DNA of 34,532 bases from Lama guanicoe. Lineage: Eukaryota. The stretch spans positions 710,934-745,465 of the forward strand of contig MU053520.1 in the NCBI GenBank assembly GCA_013239625.1. Direction: 5' to 3'. The notes under the pieces are model-generated. The model did no database searches and had not been told where the DNA came from. It saw only the letters and a list, made by a program, of their open reading frames with translations. Position 1 is the stretch's first letter. Every line of letters begins with the position of its first letter. The position numbers and the translations under genes were made by a program. Shown here in pieces: positions 23,720-34,532 of this stretch.

Positions 23720-25875
23720 CAATAAAAAAATTTACGAAAAAAACAAGGAAACGAGTGAGATTCAGCAAGAAAATAAACTGACTCAGGATACAAACTGATT
23801 TAAAATACAACAGATTCCAGATTAAAATGTAAAATAAATGGATACAGAGTTATTACCATATGAAAAGAGAAATACCAAAATTGATGAAGCAGTGAGAATC
23901 TATGATAAATGGCCAAAGATATTTGAAAAATTATCAAATACAACTCTTGGAACAAAATATAATTATTAGTATGAAAAAACTAGGTGGTTTAACAATGGAT
24001 GAGTTAAGCTAAAAATGAAAATTAGTGAACTAGACCACAGAGAAGAACACCCAGAATTCATTAGAGTCAAGAAGATGTAATAAATAAATAAATAAACATA
24101 AAAGAGCAGAATAAAATTTCTAATCATCACTATGATGTCTCAGAAGGACATAATAAAGAAGTAATATATGAAGAGATGTTGAGTCTTTTTTAAATTGTTT
24201 AAAACTAGTGAAATACCTTCATCAAAAGATAAATAAATATGCATAATAAGACCATAATATAAATAAGTAAAATTTACATGGAAAAAAATCATTCCAAAAA
24301 TATTACACAAAATTGCAAAGCATTGGGGAAAATCTAAACTTGAAGCCAGAGAGGAAGAGAGATAAATAACAAAAAATCAAATCACATTAAAGCAATGACA
24401 ATTAGACTGACAACTGACTTCTTGATAGCAAAAAAGAAACAAATAGGCAATTGTAACCAATCTTCAAAGTTATGAGCCAAAATCATTATCAACCCGTAAT
24501 TCTGTACCTAGCAAAACTGTATTGCAGAATAATCATTATCACTTTCAGATAAATGAAATACTTATGATATGCAATAAATGTAACTTAGAGGAAAATTCAG
24601 GAGAATGACATGTTTATATTTAAAAAGAAACCAGACAAATTAATAAGCTAAATGTCTAGACTCAGATTTTAGGAAAAACACAGAATAAGCCCCTAGAAAT
24701 CAAAAGTAAAGACATATTAAATATATGAGCAAAATTGAAGAAAATAATATAGTAGAGAGAATGAGCAGTGTTTAGAAGTGGTTATTTGAAAAGCTAACAA
24801 AATAAGTGAAACAGTGGTAAAATTTATTGAGAATAAAAGCAGAGAAGCATAAATAAATAATAATGAAAAAGGATAGGTAGTTATAAGTGGGAGCACTAGG
24901 CAGATAGGTGGAGGAGGGGGAGGACGGTCTAGAAGACAGCGTTATACCTGCCCCCAGCATCAAGGGACTTGACTTCTTCTAAACGAGTGCCAGCAAGAAA
25001 CCAGTTAGAATCTGACAGCCACACAACTGCACAGTAATGAAAAAAAAAAAAAAAAAAAAAAGCAGACATGACCCAATGCTCTTTGTAATATAATTAACAT
25101 TGTGATTTAGGCGCTCCCATGGGTCTGTGTGTACCATAGGTAAAGTCATGTGCAAAGAGGACAAACATGACTAGGCATTCCAGGGGCAAGAGACATCAAT
25201 TAATCAAAAGATCACATCTAAGCAAGTGTGTACGAGAAAAGGCGAATACCACTGTTTAGTTTCCTCCCTTGGATCAGCTCACCTCTCCTTCTTGGAGGTG
25301 CACTTTTCTTTTCCTAAATAAATCCTTTGAAGTATTTCACTATACAGCACACTCTGTCTCCTGTCTGTAACGTCTTTCAGGTAAGATAAAGACTAGAGTC
25401 TTTTCCTTTTTTTGGCGGGGGATAACATAACTAGAAATAAGCCAATGATTAGAAAGATGCTTCACAATGAACAACTTTTACACCTAAGTTCTAAAAATTA
25501 GATAAAATGTAGGAATTCCTAGAAAGTTTTTACTTACTGTAACTAACTTAAGAATAAATATAGAGCTAGAATAAATACAAAGCCTGCGGTAAGAGAAAGT
25601 CAAAAATATTTTCACCTAAGTAACATCTCACCTAGAAAATATTACTACCAGGTTGTATTTTCAAGAAATTTCAAAGAAACAGGTCATTTTAATATATGCA
25701 TCATCTATGTAATAGAAAATGAGGGAAGACTGTCTAACTTATTACATTAGGCCACTGTAAACTTGATACCGAAATCAGACAAGAACAGTAAGAATAAAGA
25801 CAATCACAAATAATTCATTAATATAGATATGACTATCCTGCTTAAGATTATGGCAAATTAAATCAACTAGCTTGG
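23720..25875 (+). mobile_element. Ancient L1M relic (ORF1 plus ORF2 pieces), split by the LTR at 24871-25427
   Basis: ORF1-like 'attagactgacaactgacttc...atcttcaaagtt...caacccgtaattctgtacctagcaaaact' (IRLTxDF...QPxILYxAKL); ORF2-like 'aatgaaaaagga' (NEKG) and 'ttgataccgaaatcagacaag...aatatagatatg...gcaaattaaatcaa'. Confidence 0.85.
24871..25427 (+). mobile_element. ERV1-class solo LTR, same group as 6505-7673
   Basis: Colinear with the outer LTR (taggtagtta..., gagtgccagc, aactgcacagta, atgaccca.tgctc, atataattaacatt, tccaggggcaa, aattaatcaa, ccttggatcagc); ends GATAACA; 5' TG decayed and TSD not clear. Confidence 0.85.
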
Positions 25876-25882
25876 AATATGA

Positions 25883-25991
25883 AATAATGGCCCCTTTAAA
25901 TGTCTGTATCCCTCTTTGTCCTCAAAATAGATATATATGTTACCTTACATAAGAAAGGCATTTTACAGATGTGATTTTAAGAATCTTGAGA
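25883..25991 (+). mobile_element. MaLR MLT1D-like 5' fragment
   Basis: 'aataatggcccc...atatgttaccttacat...ttttacagatgtgatt...gaatcttgaga'. Confidence 0.7.
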
Positions 25992-26389
25992 GCAACATTT
26001 GCCACCAAGCCCAGCAGTCCTCGTCCACAGGCTTGGCCACTGAGGTTGCCTGCGATTGTCACCAATACTGACCTCAGTTGATGGAGCTGCACAGAGACTA
26101 GGCTGCTGCACATGCCTCAAGCCAGGACCATGGCACCCTACACAGCCAACACCCTCACACCCACCTCCAGGGGAAGGTCTTTCTTTTATAGGCATCAGAA
26201 GAGAGAATGCTTTCGGGTTATCTAGTTTATAATGTGGCCAAAAATAAAATTGCTCATTCATTTTTCAATCACGCCAGTGCAGTGTCTGCTACGCTGAAAC
26301 AGTGTGTGTTGGATCATTAATTACAAGCTCAGTGTTGTTAAATCTAATCCAGACTTCTCTGTTCTTCACAGTAACAAATGGCAGTGTTT

Positions 26390-26895
26390 AGAGGCTTTGA
26401 AACGGTCCTTTTCTTGCTTTAATGAAAATATTCTCTTCCAATTTTTATTATTTTTTTCTCTAGCCCTTTATTCTCAGGGTCATTTGCCAATTTCACTTCT
26501 TCTTTTCTCTACATTCTTACCCAAGTTAATATCATTGATTTTTTTCTCATTTTCATGCCATCCAAATGCAGATGGCCATCAAATTTACATCTTGAACCTA
26601 CTTCTCTGAGCCCTAAACTCATATTTCCTACTATATGCCTCTCACCTAATTTGATATCTAAATTTCCATCCTGTCACCTGCTTTCACCACTTAATTCAGA
26701 CTTCCCCTCCTGGTAATTGAGAATACCATAAACATATAGTTAAATCAGAAACCTGAGGTTTATACTTGGTTCTTTTACTTTCTTTATCCTCCAAGTTATT
26801 AGTAAGTCTTGTCTTTCTACCCCTACAATAAACCCACATCTGTCCAATTGTTTCCATCTCCACTAATGCTGAGATCCTATTCCATCACTTGACTT
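26390..26895 (+). mobile_element. L2 relic (RT region)
   Basis: Pyrimidine-rich; 'ccatccaaatgcagatggccatcaaatttacatc' (decayed YADD region), 'cagaaacctgagg...cttggttcttttactttct', 'tttccatctccact'. Confidence 0.7.
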
Positions 26896-27799
26896 TTTGT
26901 GATTTTGAGACAAAGCTTTTAGAACAATGCTATTGAACATTCTCTATAAAAGCAGGAGTGCACATTCAGGAGTGCACGTTGAGATACACGGGTGAAAACC
27001 ATTACATGGAAAATTATCTTTGGGAATAGGATTATAGAAGATTTTTCTTTTTTTGTTCTTTTAATAAACAATATAATAATTACAGTCAAGAAAACAGATG
27101 ATTACAACAAATTCAGAACTTTTCTTGAAAGCAGATATCCAGGTGCTCATTCCTTTTGATAACTTTACTAATCTTACGTGTATCCCCCAGCTCAATTGGT
27201 TTAGTGACTAAACATATATGACAATGTGAGAAAAAAATATTTACAATCTCATGTGTGAATTGAACATTAATAAAGGTCTAATCCTAATTTTAAGATTTGG
27301 GTTTAGTAGTCTAGATAGAAAAAGAGTACCTTTGAAAATCAGGATTGTGACATGTGTGATTGGCTACATGCATGTGGTTAAAACATTAAGAAAATCATGA
27401 AATTAAATGATTTATGAGCTCATATGTGGTTTGGACATTGCTCTGCTCTTCAGTTATATTCACTAAGATTGTATTCTCCGTCTGATAGTGATCTAATGAT
27501 GTTTATTTTATATTTATGCATGTTAGCTTTAAAAAGCCAACGTTGATTCTTTTCATTGCCTATAATAGTTTTTTAATGGAAGGCATTAGTTGAATTATGA
27601 ACAATCAAGTGTATATTTTGTAATCCATTGCTTTAAATGACTTCTAATAATTCTCTGAAAGTTCATTTCAGATGCTGAACTATATGACAGAATTGAATGA
27701 TATTGCAGGCACTTGATAAGTTTATTAAGTATCAAGAAGCTTGAATACTAAATATGTTATTGATGGAATAATTTGCTTAAGTGGTAAGCCAAAATGGAG

Positions 27800-27990
27800 A
27801 AATGGAGCACACATAGATGTTGATAAAAGGCAGATATGAATTTGAATATTACCCATTGTCTGTGTGATCCTAAGCAGATTACTTAGCTTCTCTGAGCAGC
27901 TCTATAAAATTTGGAAAATAATTCTTACATTTTAGTGTCATTGTAAGAATTAGAGAAAATTTATGTAAAATGCCTGGCTTTTAGTAATTT
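27800..27990 (+). mobile_element. MIR SINE
   Basis: 'ctgtgtgatcctaagcagattacttagcttctctgagc...ctataaaatttggaaaataa...ttgtaagaattagagaaaatttatgtaaaatgcctggc'. Confidence 0.75.
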
Positions 27991-28043
27991 ATACCTTCCT
28001 GACTACTGCTAATTTATTAATTTAAATGCCTCTCCCCCTAAAA

Positions 28044-28174
28044 GGGGTGGAGGGCATAGCTCAGTGATAGAGCATATGCTTAGCATGCACGAGGTCATGG
28101 GTTTGATCCCCAGTACCTCCGTTAAAGTAACTAACTAAATAAATACACCTAAATACCTACCCCTCAAAAAAAAA
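28044..28174 (+). mobile_element. tRNA-Ala-derived SINE (camelid Vic-1-like)
   Basis: ggagggcatagctcagtgatagagcatatgcttagcatgcacgaggtcatgggtttgatccccagtacctcc resembles tRNA-Ala(AGC); followed by 'taaataaatacacctaaatacctacccctc' and an A-tail. Confidence 0.9.
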
Positions 28175-29837
28175 TTAATGCCATACATACAACTCTGATA
28201 CAATAATCACCTAGCATATTGTTAGATGAGCATACTTGTTGGTTAGACAGTTCTCATTGGCTGTTTTGGCATTTGCCTCTCCAGGTGGCTTCATGACACA
28301 ATTGTGTTGGATATTTGAGAACAGGAAAGGAGGGAATTGCACATATAAACATATGTGTTATCATGAGGAAGCTCATGTACACTCAAGAGACTTTTTCTGC
28401 AAATCTTTCACCAGTACAGTGTTATGTAACCTTGTCTCTGCTCATAAAGGCAGTACTGTCATGCCCTCTAGAGAATCTCATTTGGCATTGTCATTTTCAT
28501 TCTTTTTATAACCACAACCTCACCCTAAAATAGAATAATCTGCCTCTTCCTATTTCCCAATCTTTTTTTTTCTTCACAATCCTTCATGTTCTCATTTTTT
28601 TAAATTTTTAAGTGCCAACATAATCATCCCTCTAAGGAATTTAAAGTCCAAAAAGCAATTTGTCAAGCCAAAATGATATTGGCTTTTTCTTTTAACCCTC
28701 TCTAATATTCCAAACATCTTTGTGATTTTAGGTAAATAAATATCCTCCACCTCCCAACCTTGAACCCTCCAGTGACCTCACCCAAATTGCAAGCTTATCT
28801 AACCCCTCGTTGTCAAGATGACAATTCATAAAGTGGGTTATCTAGAGTGATTCATCACACAGTAGGTGATTATAATGTGCAAAATGGAAGGAAATTATAC
28901 AAAACTTTGTTAGTAAAGTATGTAAATATTTCACGAATGTATGCTACTCAGTTAACAAAGAATAATGGGGTAACAAGAAAAAGTGAATACAATTTTGGCT
29001 AACATGCCCAGTTGTTGTAAATGGCTCATAGCAGACAGTTCAGAGAACATTATCAATTCTTCTTATAACAAATTCAACCACTGACTGAATCATCAAGGTA
29101 TATAAGCATATTCATACATAAGCTCTGCACTGGAGACACATGAAGCAGAATTTGAAATCATTGGTCAGGGAAGTGTTCAGCATAGTTATTTCCTGGTAAT
29201 TCACAGCATCTGGAATGTAAAATGTTCTACTTCATTACAAAAAAAAAATAAATCCAGTGAATAGCATATACAGATTTCTCATTTGCTGCTAAGACTTTAA
29301 ACATAATGGGAAATTTTTAAAATTGGAACTGGAAGAGGCATTTAAACGTCATTTTGGTTATTCTTCTGCTACAGAATTAACTTAATTCAGCTTACACAGA
29401 TCACTATTGATTCTAGTTCTACAAAATAGTAATGAAAAAAATCTTATCTGACATATTTTAAGGTCCACAATGCCAATATTTTTCTCCTCAATATAACCTC
29501 AGTTTGTTGAAATGCAAGAATGTTTTCTTTCAGTCTACAGTAGACATTTCAAATTAAAATCAATACTTATAAATAAAATTCCAATGTAAAAATATGTTTT
29601 CCAAGTCTCAACTTACAACTGGCTAACAATAACATTATAGATTGTATTAATATTATACCCCATGCAAAGAATGGATGATTTCTTAGAGTTCTTTGGGAAT
29701 TCCTCAAAGCATAGCCAGAGATAATTACTGCCAATGTTTTTAATATGTTCTTTCAGAGTCATTTCTATTCTGTATGTGATTTTCTTACATTTTACAGAAT
29801 ATGTATTGCTATATTCACTACTTAAATTGGTTTATGG

Positions 29838-30035
29838 CAGTGGTTCTAAAATTCAGTATACATACATCGAAATCATGTAGCAAACCTATTAAGGATATAG
29901 CTTCTTTAGTTTCGTACATGCCCACCTATACATCTGTACTCTGCAGAAGTGACTTAGAGACTAGAAATATGAAATTTAAACATAAACCTTCAAGTAGTTT
30001 CTGAGGAAAGTAGATTGTACAACTGAGAAGGACAT
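29838..30035 (+). mobile_element. MER5-like hAT-Charlie MITE relic
   Basis: Begins cagtggttctaaaa, then catcgaaatca, gaaatttaaacataaaccttcaagtagtttctga, ctgagaa; follows the MER5A layout. Confidence 0.55.
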
Positions 30036-30834
30036 CTATGTAATTTCCTTATCAGTGTTATCTTTGCATGGACAGTGCATAAAAGTACCCTGAACTTGTG
30101 CTAATTTCTTAAGAAGTTCATCTTTTTCAGTATTCAAAGGATTTTTGATAACAGAAATGATATATTTGATACTATTTTCTAAAGAAATCATCTTTATTTG
30201 ATGATTTTCTGAAGGGGATAAATCATTTACTAAACTTTCAAGTTCTTCTACTGTATTCTATCCAAGTTTTCAGTCAATTTCATAGATAACTTCCAGTCAA
30301 TTTTCATAGGTAACATTTTATTAAAATACTGGCGATTGTATTGTAAAATTTATGTTTATGATGTGGAAGGGGTTATATCTTATTGGAATATCAGCTTTTA
30401 TCTTTAAGTCTCTTCTTTCTCTTTCCTTTTTGTTTATTCCTTTCTATGTCCAGTTTCTTGAGTTTAATACTTAATTATTTCTTTTGTACTTTTTTTATAG
30501 TTTGATATCTTCTAACCATGGACATGGTACAACTCTGTTTTGATTTAGGTCTATTTTCATGCATGTTGATTTATTTTTACTCTTTTGATATCACTTTGTT
30601 AAATTTTTTTTAATTCTGATACAGATTTTATTGCTGATATGAATATCATTTTTAAAATTTTCTAAATATTTATTTTTATTATATGTTAAGGGCTTTTACT
30701 TTTAAGTAGCTATGTTTATGTAAGGATTTTTGTTTTCTACCTAGTAACTTTGCTGAATTTCTATTAATTTTACCTGGCTGATGGTCTGAATATTGATGGT
30801 CTTGGATTTTCTATGTAGACAACAATACTATAGT

Positions 30835-30868
<34 letters not shown>

Positions 30869-30889
30869 CACAGACAGACAGATAGACAG
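30835..30889. repeat. (TAGA)8.5 + (CAGA)n compound tetranucleotide microsatellite
   Basis: tagatagata...tagatacacagacagacagatagacag. Confidence 0.95.
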
Positions 30890-31537
30890 GCAAATTTTCA
30901 TTTTTTATTTTTCTCATTTCACATTTCTTTCCTTCCGTCCTTCTTTCCTTCTTTCTTCCCTACCTTTCGCTCTTCCTCTCTTGTGTTCTCCTCTCTCTCT
31001 CTCTTTCTCCCTGGCTACCATATCTTCTAGGGTAATGCTGAACAGCAGTGATGGAAGACTTTAATCATGGAGTGACTAAAGCAAACTTCAAAAGTCTTAT
31101 GATTAATATGGTATTTGTTCCATTTATAAAAAAAAAAAGAAGGAGGATTTATCAGAAATACTTCATAAGTGAAAATTGTCAATTCTATGAAGTTTGAATT
31201 CATTTGATTTAAACTGCCTGGGAAATTTTCTGACCTGGGTTCTCTCAGTCATACAACATTTGATTACCAATTCAATGTATTTTATCTCTTACATTCAACT
31301 TTTCTGAATGGTTTTGCTTTTAACATACCTCTTTTAAAGATCATATATCTAGACTTTTTTTTTTCCCTCTAGTAAGGTAACAACTTAATGTATACACATC
31401 TGATTTATTGGTTCTAATTTTAGTCTTCTCTTACTTCTGTTGAACTGATATAATTTTTTAAAAAGCCTTTTTTCTTTAGGTGATAAATTATATTCAGCAA
31501 TATATTCAGGAAGCTATCCTTTACACACATGTGTATA

Positions 31538-32668
31538 TGGAACCAAGCAGATCACTGCAGGACTACTCCCCCAAGGGCCCCACCCCCACCCAGGTACAAA
31601 GGCCCCTCCATGTCCCATATCTCTTGTTTGTAGTAAAGCTGATGTCTCCCAGGCCTTCCTGAGTCACAAAAGAGCAGGCTCAAGCAGTTAGTGAGTAAGA
31701 CAATAGACTCAGAGGCTCAGTGTCTGATGCATATTCCTGAATTGCTTTGCAGGTATTATAATTTCCACCAGAGGGAAAAAGCTAACTGCATGGTGACCAG
31801 ACTGTAGCCATGACATAAGCTATTCCATCCTGAGCAGCACTGAGTCTCTGGCCAGCACAATTCCAAGAACTGGCCTTATGAGAATGGGATTATCATTATT
31901 GCTCATAATAATCTATAATTCTGTGGTCATCAAAATAGTTATAGCTTGCTCTGCTTGTATATGTAAGCAGGCAATTAAAGTTGTCAGCAAAGAAATGCTA
32001 CAGACACATGTGGACATCTTCCACTCTAAAAATATGGTGCCCTGTGTCAGCGTGAAGAAGTTACAGAAGATGGACCTTCACCCAGTCCTACAGAACTGAA
32101 AAAATATCTGGCAAGTAGGGATTTGTAAAGCTCTTGTGCCCCTTTTCTATTTATCCATTTATGTTCCCTTTCAACCTTAATTATAAAAGTGAAATCACTA
32201 GGTAACATAACCGATCTCTGACTTCTGCTCTACTGAATGTACACAGTGCCTTGTCTAATCTGTCAATTAAAAGAATAAGAATGAAGAATTAAGTGGTTAA
32301 AGAATGACTGATTCTCTACTCCCAGCTAACTCCTTAGCAAATTTGCAGGCAGATCACATAGGCAAGATAGCAACCAAAGGAAGATCAAAAGAAGTCACTG
32401 GGACTGCACACAGTCCTGTTGTGATGGAAAAATGATGAAGAATCTGACCTCCTACCTTTATGATTCACTGAGATTGATTCCCCTTTTCCCCATTCAAAAT
32501 TGTCATGGCCGAGCAAAATCTTCAGAACTGGTCTTGGGACATGAGTCCACCTACTCCCCAGATTGCCAGATTTCTAATTAAAGCAGCTTTCTTTTCTACC
32601 AACATTTGCCTGTTTCAACTATTAGCTTTTGAGTAATATAATATATATGTTAACTGAATTTGGTAACA
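31538..32668 (+). mobile_element. ERV1-class LTR element, ~1.13 kb, mosaic
   Basis: TGGAACCAAGCAG...TTTGGTAACA termini; perfect TSD TATA (31534-31537 / 32669-32672); ATTAAA polyA-like signal near 32577; 5' end resembles the reverse complement of 14102-14090. Confidence 0.85.
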
Positions 32669-32796
32669 TATATATTATTTCTTAGAAATGTTTAAAAGAT
32701 TCAACACTTCTATGTCTCATTTAAATGCATGAAGAGCTTTAACATACTTTGACCACTCATTCACTATTTTCCAATCAAGTTTCAGCTAAAGATTTT

Positions 32797-32978
32797 AAAA
32801 AATATTTTATCTTTTTGTTGTTTTTCTGTTTGTTTGTTTTGCTTTTGCTCTGGGGAGAAGTAATTATGTTTAATTAGGTTTATTGATTCAGCTATTTATT
32901 TTAATGGAGATACGAGGGATTGAACCCAGGTCAATCAGAGCTAAGCATGTACTCTACCACTGAGCTATACCCTCCCCC
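32797..32978 (-). mobile_element. tRNA-Ala-derived SINE (camelid Vic-1-like)
   Basis: Reverse complement ggggagggtatagctcagtggtagagtacatgcttagc...cctgggttcaatccc; TSD agctaaagatttt at 32784-32796 and 32979-32991. Confidence 0.92.
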
Positions 32979-34009
32979 AGCTAAAGATTTTTCTCTTTTT
33001 TAAAATGTAAAAATAAACTAAACATATTTACTGATCAATTTGATTTCCTAAGATAGTTTGTTCATTTTTAGGGCCTTCCATTCTTCCCTGGAACTTATGC
33101 CATTTTTTAATTTATAATTTTCCTCTCTGACTATAATTTTTTATAGTCTTTTGGTGATATTTGTTGAATGACACTTTTCTGCTGTTTTTACAAAGATATC
33201 AGAAAAGCTTTTGTATTAACTTAGGAATTACAGTTGCCTGACAACCACGTGGCAAGGTGTCTGTTATGCCAAGACAGCATGACCAGCTTTAGCTCACCGC
33301 ACGAGTCAGTAATCCGGGCCCAAGACCATCAGCTGTCTTTCCAATTTTGCATTCCACTGTGACAGGTAATCTGGAGGGTTTGATAGTGAAAACAAATGGG
33401 CAATTTGTTGACTAAGATTGGTGAATTCTGTCAGAAGGTATCAGGACACCAGTATCCACCAAGTTGGGGTTCAACAAGACTGACAAAAGCCAGGAAGAGC
33501 TCCATTCCTCCGAGGGGCCTGAGAAACCACGAAAACTACCCAACCAGTTCTCAGAAATAGAGCTTTGTGCCAAAGCCCATTTGTCAAAATAAGAGCATGG
33601 ATCAAGGTTGCTGATCCACAGTGGTAGTATATTTCTGACCTGCAATTATGGAAGATCTAGGGAAACCTCAAAAGATGACCATGTAGGGGCCCAACTATGA
33701 ATAGTTAAAACAAACTGAGGCTTTATAATTTTCTCAAAAGTCATTTCTAATGTAAATGTTCACCTTGTGGAACACTAAGTTACCTATTTGTGATGCAACA
33801 ACTTTGCAACTACAGGAGGGCCTGTTGGATTAAATCTGAACTTTCTAGGCTGTTTATGCCTGTTGAATGTACTGTGTTTGAATTCCTAGCTTCCTCCTAA
33901 ATATCCAGTTAAAATATAAACAATTTGTTTCTGAAGGAAATATCACAACTTCAGGAAATTTTATTCCAAACTGAATGCCTCTGTATTCAGAAAAGGAAGA
34001 AACCTGAAG

Positions 34010-34208
34010 ATGCTTGAGCATGTTATAGGGTGTTTTACATGTGGAGTTTTATTTAATTTTCAACCCCTAACCTATGAGAAGGTATAGTCACCACTAATAT
34101 GCAAATGAAAAAAACCAAGACTGAAAATAATTGCATAACTTCCCCAAGGGTACATACTTATGTCTGATCAACTCTGAAACTCTTCTTTCTATTCCAGCAG
34201 GATGCCTT
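34010..34208 (-). mobile_element. MIR SINE
   Basis: 'atttaattttcaacccctaacctatgagaaggta...atatgcaaatgaaaaaaaccaagactgaaa...taacttccccaagggtacata...tctgatcaactctga'. Confidence 0.65.
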
Positions 34209-34532
34209 CTGTAATCAAAGCATGTTGTCATGTCCTCCATTTCAAGAGTTTAATGTTTCTTAAACATGAAAACAATTATATGAGCTAGAATTAGCTTTAA
34301 TTGCAGCCTTACTTTAATAAGGTGGTATACACAGTATAGAGAAGTCACTACCCACTCCGTATCAGAAGTCATATGCCATCATGTATTTTTCTTAAGAAAA
34401 CTGGGTGAAGGTAATATCCTTTAATCTAAAACAAATCATTCATGTCAACATGTTTTTAATGTAAATTCAGATTAAATCTGACATGTTGATGGTTAGATGT
34501 CAAGATGCTAATATTGATTTTTATTTTTTATT

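Larger units (their letters stand above)
30480..33200 (-). mobile_element. Ancient L1M ORF2 relic (antisense), interrupted by a microsatellite, an LTR and a SINE; right boundary uncertain
   Basis: T-rich; 'tcttctaaccatggacatggtaca...tttaggtct', 'acctagtaactttgctgaattt', 'cttggattttctatgtagacaa', 'atgctgaacagcagtgatg' are antisense L1 RT-region motifs. Confidence 0.65.

Noticed and set aside
25995..26200. GC-richer patch with a 94-aa minus-strand ORF
   Set aside because: 'cccacctccaggggaaggtcttt' looks like an old L1 5'-region fragment; too uncertain to call and no coding signal.
28050..28120. Functional tRNA-Ala(AGC) gene (also 2288-2380 and 32905-32978)
   Set aside because: Mismatched stems and boxes, SINE-type AT/A tails and TSDs indicate retroposed SINEs.
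26953..30315. Short tandem duplications (caggagtgcac.tt x2 at 26953; cagtcaattt..catag.taac x2 at ~30271)
   Set aside because: Ordinary two-copy slippage duplications without spacer structure.
33412..33645. 77-aa minus-strand ORF behind a 'ttgcag' acceptor-like site
   Set aside because: No recognisable homology, moderate acceptor and no supporting neighbouring exons.
1..34532. CRISPR array, operon or other prokaryotic system
   Set aside because: The sequence is mammalian (MIR, L2, L1, MaLR, ERV LTRs, CpG depletion), with no repeat-spacer arrays or dense ORFs.

Overview
Mammalian nuclear, AT-rich, repeat-dense, apparently non-coding (intergenic or deep intronic) DNA. It is very likely from a camelid (camel/alpaca/llama), because it carries three copies of a tRNA-Ala(AGC)-derived SINE resembling the camelid Vic-1 family plus a young L1 3' end present twice. 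I recognise no host protein-coding exon or functional RNA gene. The only ORF with clear homology (11481-11936, -) is the C-terminus of LINE-1 ORF2p in a 5'-truncated L1 interrupted by a 66-N assembly gap. The window is a layered TE record: old L2, MIR, MER5 and MLT1 relics; several ancient L1M relics; and about seven ERV1-type LTR insertions with 4-bp TSDs, nearly all inside older L1s. The best-supported curiosities are an LTR inserted in inverted orientation inside a related LTR inside an L1 (with an empty-site paralogue at 24.9 kb), two mosaic LTRs (one carrying an env-tail-like segment), a strong 72-nt candidate exon on the minus strand, a TE-poor ~6 kb block and an RFX/E-box-like motif cluster near 33.24 kb. 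I found no convincing new biological system. Repeat family names come from my recall of consensus sequences and need RepeatMasker/Dfam confirmation.
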